The translations under genes were made by a program, and so were the position numbers. Of a DNA stretch of 64,000 nt, positions 18,386 to 25,998 are shown piece by piece. Source of the DNA: Cyclobacteriaceae bacterium (GTDB lineage Bacteria > Bacteroidota > Bacteroidia > Cytophagales > Cyclobacteriaceae); NCBI GenBank assembly GCA_036563875.1, contig DATCLO010000207.1:74353-138352 (forward strand), read 5' to 3'. Within the stretch, counting starts at the first letter, position 1. Every line of letters starts with the position of its first letter. The notes beneath the pieces were generated by a model. The model saw only the letters and a list, made by a program, of their open reading frames with translations, was not told the DNA's origin and did no database searches.

Positions 18386-18880
18386 CTAAAAGATGCCCCG
18401 GAAAGCAGGAATCAATTTCCCAATCCAGCCCGCCACCAGAGGCGCAAAGCCTTCAATAATACCATACAAATACGATGAGGCAAACCAATCGGCAACATCT
18501 ATTTTCAGGGCATCAAAAATCCAAAGGGTCACGCTGAGCATGAAAGCCGTTTTCACCATCCCGATAATAGCACCAAAGGCCTGGTCAACGACACCTAGGA
18601 ACGTGTGTTGTACAATACCTCGAAGCAGGTTACCGATCCATGACACCAGAATCACGATCAGCACAAATACAACGGCGAAGGCTATATAGGGGAGAATGCT
18701 CTGATCGATCTGGAAATTCGAATCCAGCATCAGCATGGCTTTTCCGAGCAACGCGAAGCCTCCCAGTATACCCAGTACAATTGCGGCCAACGAAATAACG
18801 GTCATCAGGAAACCCTCCTTGTAGCCGTTGATGGCTCCGGAAAGGATGATAATTCCCAGTATGATGTCCGGCCAACTCAA
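18386..18880 (-). CDS. CvpA-family membrane protein
   Basis: 164 aa with four hydrophobic helices. The N-terminal DIILGIIILSGAINGYKEGF is typical of CvpA. Confidence 0.75.
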   Translation of the reverse strand: MSWPDIILGIIILSGAINGYKEGFLMTVISLAAIVLGILGGFALLGKAMLMLDSNFQIDQSILPYIAFAVVFVLIVILVSWIGNLLRGIVQHTFLGVVDQAFGAIIGMVKTAFMLSVTLWIFDALKIDVADWFASSYLYGIIEGFAPLVAGWIGKLIPAFRGIF

Positions 18881-19329
18881 GCGGAAAGCAATTCCTTCAC
18901 GATCGCAGAAATCATCTTGCCTTCGGCCTTGCCTGCCAATTGCTTCGTTGCTGTACCCATGACTTTGCCCATGTCCTTTGGACCTGAGGCACCCACTTCG
19001 GCAATAATCCGCTGAAGTTCCTTCCGCAGCTCATCTTCCGAAAGCTGTTGAGGCAGGTATCGGTTTATGATCTCAAGCTGGAACAGTTCGCGGTCGGCAA
19101 GATCTTTACGGGATTGAGCCAGGAAGATATCAGCCGATTCCCGGCGCTGCTTCGCTGCCTTCATCAATAACTTTGCTTCCGCGTCAGCGGTGAGGTCACC
19201 GGTACTTCCTTTCTCCGTTTCGGCCAGCAGGATCATGGACTTGATGCTGCGCAGGGCGTCCAGTTCTTCTCTGTTCTTCGCCAGCATAGCCTTTTTGATG
19301 TCGGCATCAATCCTTTCCTTTAAGCTCAT
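18877..19329 (-). CDS. GatB/YqeY domain-containing protein
   Basis: Internal ATG at 19329 gives MSLKERIDADIKKAMLAKNREELDALRSIKS..., the canonical YqeY N-terminus. The 18-codon upstream extension in the track is unlikely. Confidence 0.85.
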   Translation of the reverse strand: MSLKERIDADIKKAMLAKNREELDALRSIKSMILLAETEKGSTGDLTADAEAKLLMKAAKQRRESADIFLAQSRKDLADRELFQLEIINRYLPQQLSEDELRKELQRIIAEVGASGPKDMGKVMGTATKQLAGKAEGKMISAIVKELLSA

Positions 19330-19345
19330 ATCAATTTTTCTGTTG

Positions 19346-19353
19346 TACCTTTG
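19346..19353 (+). promoter_or_regulatory. -7 promoter box (TACCTTTG) for pdxJ
   Basis: Exact TAnnTTTG, 23 nt upstream of the TTG start at 19377. Confidence 0.5.
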
Positions 19354-19376
19354 AAACCGAGATAAAACCTCTCCCC

Positions 19377-20102
19377 TTGACACGACTTAGCGTCAATATT
19401 AACAAATTTGCCACACTCCGGAACTCGCGCGGCGGGAATAATCCCGATGTGCTGAAGGTGGCTGTCGACTGCGAAAAATTTGGCGCCGAGGGTATCACAA
19501 TACATCCGAGGCCCGACGAACGCCATATCCGCTATGCCGATGCCATAGCACTAAAAGACATTGTAAAGACCGAGTTCAACATTGAAGGCTATCCGGATGA
19601 GCGCTACCTGCGCATTATCCGCGAAACCGTGCCGGCCCAGGCTACACTGGTTCCGGATCCACCGAATGCCATAACCTCCAACAGTGGCTGGGATACCTTG
19701 CAGCATGCATCGTTCCTGGCCGACGTTATCGCCGAAATCCACGCGCTGGGCGTTCGCGTCTCTGTGTTTGTCGATCCCGTTCCCCGCATGGTGGAAGGCG
19801 CCGCGCGGGCGGGAGCGGATCGCATTGAACTTTACACTGAACCGTATGCGCGGGAGTTTACTGTCAACAAAGAGGTGGCCGTGAAGCCATACATTGAGAG
19901 CGCGCGTATCGCACAGGAAGTGGGTCTGGGCATCAATGCCGGACATGACCTCAATCTCGACAACCTTGGATTTCTGGCTGCCAGCCTTCCAAGACTGGAT
20001 GAAGTATCTATCGGCCATGCACTCGTGTGCGATGCCCTCTACCTGGGTCTCGAAAATACCATTCAACTCTATCTCCGGGCACTGAAGACGGCACGTTCTT
20101 AA
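19377..20102 (+). CDS. pdxJ: pyridoxine 5'-phosphate synthase
   Basis: 241 aa with a TTG start. Motifs LSVNINKFATLRNSRGG, ITIHPRPDERHI, GINAGHDLN and EVSIGHAL. Confidence 0.95.
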   Translation: MTRLSVNINKFATLRNSRGGNNPDVLKVAVDCEKFGAEGITIHPRPDERHIRYADAIALKDIVKTEFNIEGYPDERYLRIIRETVPAQATLVPDPPNAITSNSGWDTLQHASFLADVIAEIHALGVRVSVFVDPVPRMVEGAARAGADRIELYTEPYAREFTVNKEVAVKPYIESARIAQEVGLGINAGHDLNLDNLGFLAASLPRLDEVSIGHALVCDALYLGLENTIQLYLRALKTARS

Positions 20103-20161
20103 CGATTTTTGAGGGGGGTAATTCCCATGATAAACCCTTAGCTATTGTCTTGGCCATCTCT

Positions 20162-20169
20162 TATTTTTG
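20162..20169 (+). promoter_or_regulatory. -7 promoter box (TATTTTTG) for glyA
   Basis: Exact TAnnTTTG, 54 nt upstream of the ATG at 20224. Confidence 0.45.
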
Positions 20170-20223
20170 CCGCCGGTTTAAACCACGCCCGAAAAATCCT
20201 GCATCCGCTAATTATACTCCTCA

Positions 20224-21495
20224 ATGAAACGCGACAAAGTTGTTTTTGATCTGATCGAAAAGGAAAAGAAACGTCAGCAAGACGGTATCGAATTGATTGC
20301 TTCCGAGAACTTCACCTCGCTCCAGGTGATGAAGGCCATGGGCTCAGTGCTCACGAACAAATATGCAGAAGGTCTTCCCGGAAAGCGTTACTACGGCGGA
20401 TGCCAGGTGGTAGATGAAATCGAACAGCTTGCTATCGACAGGGCGTGTGAATTGTTCGGCGCAACGTGGGCCAATGTACAGCCACACTCCGGCGCGCAGG
20501 CAAACGCCGCCGTCATGCTGGCATGTCTGAAACCCGGCGACAAAATTCTGGGATTTGATCTATCCCATGGTGGTCACCTCACACACGGCTCTCCTGTTAA
20601 CTATTCAGGGAAACTATACCAGCCCGTGTTTTACGGCGTCGAGAAAGAGACGGGTATGATCGACTTCGACCGCGTAATCGAAATCGCCGAACGCGAAAAA
20701 CCGAAACTCATCATATGCGGTGCATCGGCATACAGCCGCGACTGGGATTATAAGAAACTTCGCGAAGCAGCCGACCGTGCCGGTGCATTGCTGATGGCAG
20801 ACATCGCTCACCCCGCGGGACTGATTGCACGCGGTTTGCTTAACGATCCGATGGAACATTGTCACATCGTCACCACTACCACACACAAGACGCTGCGTGG
20901 TCCTCGTGGTGGGATGATCATGGTTGGAAAGAACTTCGACAATCCATGGGGATTGAAAACACCCAAGGGTGAACTTCGAAAGATTACATCGATACTCGAC
21001 TCAGGTGTATTTCCGGGAACGCAGGGTGGCCCTCTTGAGCATGTTATTGCAGGCAAGGCAGTCGCCTTCCACGAAGCGCTGTCGGATGAATATATGGACT
21101 ACGTTGTGCAGGTAGTTCGCAATGCAAAGGCAATGGCCAAGGCGTTTATTGAACGCGGTTACGAGGTCATCTCCGGCGGTACTGATAATCACCTCATGCT
21201 TATCGATCTGCGGTCGAAGAACCTCACTGGAAAGCAAGCTGAAGAAGCTTTAGTCCGTGCCGAGATCACCGTCAACAAGAATATGGTTCCCTTCGACACG
21301 CAGTCGCCCATGGTAACGTCAGGCATCCGCATCGGAACGCCTGCCGTGACGACGCGTGGTATGAAAGAAAAAGACGTTGTTAAGATCGTCGACCTCATCG
21401 ATGAAGCATTGCAAAAACCATCTGACGAAAAGCACCTGAAGAGCGTAAAACAGAAAGTCGTCCGTTTGACGCGTCGTTTCCCGTTGTATGCCTGA
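20224..21495 (+). CDS. glyA: serine hydroxymethyltransferase
   Basis: 423 aa. Motifs [16 protein letters not shown] and the PLP-lysine motif [14 protein letters not shown]. Confidence 0.97.
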   Translation: MKRDKVVFDLIEKEKKRQQDGIELIASENFTSLQVMKAMGSVLTNKYAEGLPGKRYYGGCQVVDEIEQLAIDRACELFGATWANVQPHSGAQANAAVMLACLKPGDKILGFDLSHGGHLTHGSPVNYSGKLYQPVFYGVEKETGMIDFDRVIEIAEREKPKLIICGASAYSRDWDYKKLREAADRAGALLMADIAHPAGLIARGLLNDPMEHCHIVTTTTHKTLRGPRGGMIMVGKNFDNPWGLKTPKGELRKITSILDSGVFPGTQGGPLEHVIAGKAVAFHEALSDEYMDYVVQVVRNAKAMAKAFIERGYEVISGGTDNHLMLIDLRSKNLTGKQAEEALVRAEITVNKNMVPFDTQSPMVTSGIRIGTPAVTTRGMKEKDVVKIVDLIDEALQKPSDEKHLKSVKQKVVRLTRRFPLYA

Positions 21496-21515
21496 TGTCA
21501 TAACTGTCAGCGACA

Positions 21516-22376
21516 ATGAAAGAGGATGATGAAAAGGAGATGTCTTTCCTCGATCACCTCGAGGAATTGCGATGGCATGTGATCCGATCTTTGATCGCGA
21601 TCGTTGTTTTCATGATTCTCGCGTTCATCTTCAGCCGGGAAATTTTCGACAACGTTGTTTTCGCTCCTGCCAAGACTGATTTTCTCACGTTCCGTGCCAT
21701 GTGCAATCTGGGACACCTCATCGGCTATGAGGAAGTCATGTGCGTGAAAGAAATTCCGATGAAAATCCAAAGCCGCTTGATGACGGGGCAATTCACCATG
21801 GCGCTCACGTCTTCATTCATCATCGGCCTCATCATGTCGTTTCCTTATGTTGCGTGGGAAATATGGCGATTCATTAAGCCGGGCCTGCACGCCAACGAAA
21901 GAAAGTATTCACGTGGCGCCGTTGCGGCGATATCCTTCATGTTCTTCCTCGGCATATCGTTTGGATATTACGTCATGTGCCCGGTATCCGTATACTTCCT
22001 TGCGTCGTATCAGATTAGCGACATGATCCAAAACGAGTTCGATATTATTTCCTATGTTGGAACGGTAACCACCCTGGTATTTGGCAGCGGAATGCTGTTC
22101 CAATTGCCGGTGGTTGTATACTTCCTTACTCGGGTAGGAATTGTGACCACTGGCATGCTGAAAAGCGTTCGCAGGCATGCCCTTGTAGCGATCTTAGTAA
22201 TTGCTGCGGTCATAACACCTCCGGATCCTATCAGTCAGACTCTTGTCGCGGTCCCCTTATACCTCCTCTATGAATTAAGCATATTTATCGCGCGTTTCGT
22301 CGAGCGTGCGAAAGCAAAAGAGGAGGCAGAAGCAGAGGCCCGTGACGCAGCATTACAAAGAACGGATGAAACCTAA
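21516..22376 (+). CDS. tatC: twin-arginine translocase subunit TatC
   Basis: 286 aa. SFLDHLEELRWHVIRS at the N-terminus, six TM segments, and ITPPDPISQ. Confidence 0.9.
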   Translation: MKEDDEKEMSFLDHLEELRWHVIRSLIAIVVFMILAFIFSREIFDNVVFAPAKTDFLTFRAMCNLGHLIGYEEVMCVKEIPMKIQSRLMTGQFTMALTSSFIIGLIMSFPYVAWEIWRFIKPGLHANERKYSRGAVAAISFMFFLGISFGYYVMCPVSVYFLASYQISDMIQNEFDIISYVGTVTTLVFGSGMLFQLPVVVYFLTRVGIVTTGMLKSVRRHALVAILVIAAVITPPDPISQTLVAVPLYLLYELSIFIARFVERAKAKEEAEAEARDAALQRTDET

Positions 22377-22803
22377 GATCATACTCGGAAGCGACCATGC
22401 CGGCTTCCATATGAAGCAGTCCCTCAGAGAATGGCTGATCACGAAAGGATACGTGGTCGAAGACTTTGGCGTCCTTTCCGATTCGCCTGCTGATTACCCT
22501 GACATCGCCCATCCAGTAGCAAAGCGTGTATCAGAGGATGATACCTGCAAAGGCATACTCCTTTGCGGCAGCGGAAATGGTGTTGCTATTACGGCTAACA
22601 AGCATGCCAACATTCGCGCCGCGATCTGCTGGAACGATGAACTGGCTTCACTTGCGCGCCTCCACAACGATGCGAATATTCTCTGCATCCCTGCACGCTT
22701 CGTAACGACAGAAGATGCGACAACCATGTCTGAACGTTTTCTTACTACCGAGTTTGAAGGGGGCAGGCATCAGAGGAGAGTCGACAAGATGCGCTGCGCA
22801 TAG
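22366..22803 (+). CDS. rpiB: ribose-5-phosphate isomerase B
   Basis: Internal ATG at 22366 gives MKPKIILGSDHAGF... Also has GILLCGSGNGVAITANK. Overlaps the tatC end by 11 nt. Confidence 0.9.
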   Translation: MKPKIILGSDHAGFHMKQSLREWLITKGYVVEDFGVLSDSPADYPDIAHPVAKRVSEDDTCKGILLCGSGNGVAITANKHANIRAAICWNDELASLARLHNDANILCIPARFVTTEDATTMSERFLTTEFEGGRHQRRVDKMRCA

Positions 22804-24192
22804 CTACCGCACCGCAACGTATCGTCCGGATCCCTCTTCGCGATACATCTCCCTTAGGCGTGGAATACGATCGAAGACAGCGTCCATCCTGCGGTCGGGG
22901 TCAATAATAACATCGGGCCGGTCGTTGAACCCCTGATCGATTGCGATCACATTCTCGTAGTAGTCTAACCCCGTGAAAACAGGTTCTGCCAGTTTCCAAT
23001 CGAGAAAAGGCGTGGCCAGTGTATTTCCTGCATACCAGGATACGTCGTTCGTCAGTACCAACACCTTCTTGCCTTTTACTTCGCGATCATCCCTTACCTG
23101 CAGTCTGCTGTAATCAATTCCCTCAATCCGTCCGTACCGGCTGAATGTGCTGACGAGAAAAACGCCGATCAGTAGTGCCCACAAACTCCACTCTGCAATG
23201 CGCCGACGTCGGATAAGAAGAAAGAGATGGCTAACAAAATAACTGAGCGGTGGAACAAGCGCGATCAGACTTTGGGGTCGTCTGTCACTGGTGTGCATAA
23301 TATAGATAACTGAGAACGCCGTCCACAACAGCATGCCCTGAAAGATCTGCGACTGGTATTTCGAGAAACGTGCATCGCTGTTGATCACAACGAGTGCCGC
23401 GGCAAGGAACAACGCGGGAATCAGACTCAGGTAAACCAATCCGCGCGGAGCCATAAGTGAGGTTGTGCCAAACGAAAGGTTCGCCGCATAGAAATACTGT
23501 ATGAGCGGCGTCAGTCCATCACTCACGTAGTAGAGGACTACCAGCACCAGGTGAGGAAGGGCAAAACCGGTAGTAAGCAGAACGAAAACTCTCAGATCGC
23601 GGCGCGAATATAAGATCACGATCATACCTGCCACGAGATAAAAGAGCCAGTACTCAAAACTGCAGAGGGAGGCGAGACCTATAAACGCACCCATCGCAAG
23701 AACACGGTCGTCGCGCTTGGCGCGGAACTCAAGTTCAGACAAAAGGTTGCTCAACGCCAGAAGAAGGAACCCCAGACCCAACAACTCGCCTGTCAGCGCC
23801 AGTGTGTCGTAGGAAAAAGCCATGAAAATGATGTACAGCAGCGACGGCACGTACGTGTTCTCCGAAAACACCTTTCGGTTGATGAACATTGAACCAAGGT
23901 AAATGGCCTGGCTCAGGATGATGAGAAACGCCACTATGTGGCGCGCCAGGAGGCTGCGTCCAAAGATCAAGTCCATGAGGCCGTAGAACCACGCAGCAAC
24001 AGGACCTGAGGTCTCCGCTATGCCTGTAAACGGCGCTGCGCCATCCGTGATCTTTTCTCCGATGAGTATACTTATTAACTCCGGAACGCTAATGGATGGA
24101 TAATCAACGATGGCCGGAATAAACAGAATTCCCGCGATCACGAGCAGACCGAGGAGCCGGTAAGGATCATTGATACGAAAGTAGCGAAGCAA
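22804..24192 (-). CDS. polytopic integral membrane protein with soluble C-terminal domain, function unknown
   Basis: 462 aa with a TTG start. About 10 or more hydrophobic segments are followed by a roughly 100-aa hydrophilic tail. The layout resembles GT-C/ArnT-type enzymes, but no motif was recognised. Confidence 0.6.
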   Translation of the reverse strand: MLRYFRINDPYRLLGLLVIAGILFIPAIVDYPSISVPELISILIGEKITDGAAPFTGIAETSGPVAAWFYGLMDLIFGRSLLARHIVAFLIILSQAIYLGSMFINRKVFSENTYVPSLLYIIFMAFSYDTLALTGELLGLGFLLLALSNLLSELEFRAKRDDRVLAMGAFIGLASLCSFEYWLFYLVAGMIVILYSRRDLRVFVLLTTGFALPHLVLVVLYYVSDGLTPLIQYFYAANLSFGTTSLMAPRGLVYLSLIPALFLAAALVVINSDARFSKYQSQIFQGMLLWTAFSVIYIMHTSDRRPQSLIALVPPLSYFVSHLFLLIRRRRIAEWSLWALLIGVFLVSTFSRYGRIEGIDYSRLQVRDDREVKGKKVLVLTNDVSWYAGNTLATPFLDWKLAEPVFTGLDYYENVIAIDQGFNDRPDVIIDPDRRMDAVFDRIPRLREMYREEGSGRYVAVR

Positions 24193-24278
24193 CGGAAGTG
24201 AGTTTGCGGCATAAATTAGAGGACCTTTTGCAAAGTAAGTAAAGAATTGCCCAAATTTTTGTGTCGGGGTTTATATGA

Positions 24279-24286
24279 TATATTTG
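24279..24286 (+). promoter_or_regulatory. -7 promoter box (TATATTTG) for rbfA, 4 nt from the ATG
   Basis: Exact TAnnTTTG ending 4 nt before the ATG at 24291, which implies a leaderless or near-leaderless mRNA. Confidence 0.45.
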
Positions 24287-24290
24287 TGTC

Positions 24291-24674
24291 ATGCCAGCGA
24301 CAACACGCCAGCAAAAATTCGCCCGGCTCATCCAGAAGGAGATCAGCGAGATCTTCCAGCAGGATAAGCGCGGTTATCTCGGCAACGCTTTTGTGACGAT
24401 TGCCGACGTACAGGTCAGTCCTGACCTGAGCGTTGCGCGTATTTATGTGAGCATGATGCTGCAGCAAGACAAGGCTGCCATCCTCCAGCGCATTGAATCG
24501 CACAAGAAGGAAATCCGGCGGGATCTCGGCAACCGGATAGGAAAGCAGGTGCGAATTATCCCTGAGTTGATTTTCTATGTCGACAAAGTCGAAGAAGAGG
24601 CAATGCGGCTGGATGCGCTGATCCGGAGCCTCAACATCCCCCCGGCTTCCGACGATCCGAAAGAATCAACGTGA
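24291..24674 (+). CDS. rbfA: ribosome-binding factor A
   Basis: 127 aa. R(Q)QKFARLIQKEISEIF and VTIADVQVSPDLSVARIYVS are typical of RbfA. Confidence 0.9.
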   Translation: MPATTRQQKFARLIQKEISEIFQQDKRGYLGNAFVTIADVQVSPDLSVARIYVSMMLQQDKAAILQRIESHKKEIRRDLGNRIGKQVRIIPELIFYVDKVEEEAMRLDALIRSLNIPPASDDPKEST

Positions 24675-24680
24675 CCTGCC

Positions 24681-25904
24681 TTGAATCTGCCGCTCTTCAT
24701 CGCCGGACGTTATCTCTTTTCCAGGAGGAAGAAGAACTTCATCAACATCATCTCAATAATTTCTATCCTGGTTGTGGCCGTCATCACGGCCGCACTCATC
24801 GTTGTGCTTTCTGTGTTCAACGGACTTGAAGAACTGCTTCGTTCGCTCAACAACTCTTTCGATCCACCACTAAAGATTGAAGCCTTTGTAGGGAAATCAT
24901 TCGAAGTAACGGACGAGCTGCGCGACAGGATCAAAGCGGTTGAAGGAGTTGAGTATGTCACCGAGGTAGTCGAGGACTACGCTTACGTTCGATACCGCGA
25001 TGCAAACCAGCTGGTAATGTTGAAAGGTGTCAGCGAAAATTTCATCGACCAGCATCGTATCGATAACAACATCGTCGCTGGCGATGTAGCCTTTTATCGC
25101 GATGGCGTTCCACTGGCTATTGTTGGTATGGGCATTCGCAATACGCTCTCCATTGACATCGGCGAGACGCTGCACGCGATGCATGTGTACTACATCCGAA
25201 ACACGGAGAGTTCATCGTTTGGTCCATCCGGCCCTTACACGCAAAGACGAATTTATCCCGGCGCTGTCTTCTCCATCATCCAGAATCTTGACGACAACTA
25301 CGTCATCGTTCCTTTGGATTTTGCAGTCGACTTACTTGACTATGGCAACCGTCGAACATCGTTAGAGATCAAGGTCGTTAACGAAGAACAAACTGACAGG
25401 GTACAGGCTGCCCTGCAACAAATCTTGGGTGACAACTTCCGTGTGCTGAATCGCGAACAGCAGCATAAGGATCTCTACAAGCTTTTGCGCATGGAAAAGT
25501 TGTTTGCGTTTCTTGCTTTGGCGCTCCTGCTTTGTATTGGTTCGATCAACATCTTTTTCACCCTGATGATGCTGGCGCTGGACAAGAAGCGCGACGTTTC
25601 GATCCTGGCCGCCATGGGTGCCCAGCTCAAGACCATACGGAATGTATTCCTTCTCGAAGGCGGACTAATTGCCATAATGGGAACGGTCCTCGGGCTTGCA
25701 ATAGGCGGTGCGTTATGCGTAATACAACGCGAGTACGGATTGGTGTCTATGGGTATGGAATCCGCCGTAATGGAGGGCTATCCGGTAAAATTGGTCTTTC
25801 AGGACATTTTGTACGTGGTTATCACCATGTGCATCATTACCTTCTTCATTTCCTACCGGCCGGCTACCCTGGCCGCCCGCTTTTCCTCCGTGCAGCACCT
25901 TTAA
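24681..25904 (+). CDS. FtsX-like ABC transporter permease (LolC/E-like)
   Basis: 407 aa with a TTG start. MNLPLFIAGRYLFSRRKKNFINIIS is a LolE-type N-terminus. It has a large periplasmic loop and a C-terminal FtsX 3-TM module. Confidence 0.85.
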   Translation: MNLPLFIAGRYLFSRRKKNFINIISIISILVVAVITAALIVVLSVFNGLEELLRSLNNSFDPPLKIEAFVGKSFEVTDELRDRIKAVEGVEYVTEVVEDYAYVRYRDANQLVMLKGVSENFIDQHRIDNNIVAGDVAFYRDGVPLAIVGMGIRNTLSIDIGETLHAMHVYYIRNTESSSFGPSGPYTQRRIYPGAVFSIIQNLDDNYVIVPLDFAVDLLDYGNRRTSLEIKVVNEEQTDRVQAALQQILGDNFRVLNREQQHKDLYKLLRMEKLFAFLALALLLCIGSINIFFTLMMLALDKKRDVSILAAMGAQLKTIRNVFLLEGGLIAIMGTVLGLAIGGALCVIQREYGLVSMGMESAVMEGYPVKLVFQDILYVVITMCIITFFISYRPATLAARFSSVQHL

Positions 25905-25998
25905 CGAACGCAGACGAATTATTTCGAAAAAATGCGTAAAGGCTCGGCATTTCGATGTATTTTGCAGGTTCGTTTGATCCTCCGAAGCCACGGTTTAT

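Noticed and set aside
20103-20223. Possible riboswitch (for example ZTP/pfl or THF) in the 121-nt leader region of glyA.
   Set aside because: I could not find the conserved pfl-motif elements or a convincing pseudoknot-forming structure. The region is explained by a promoter box at 20162 plus a 54-nt leader. This was not tested computationally.
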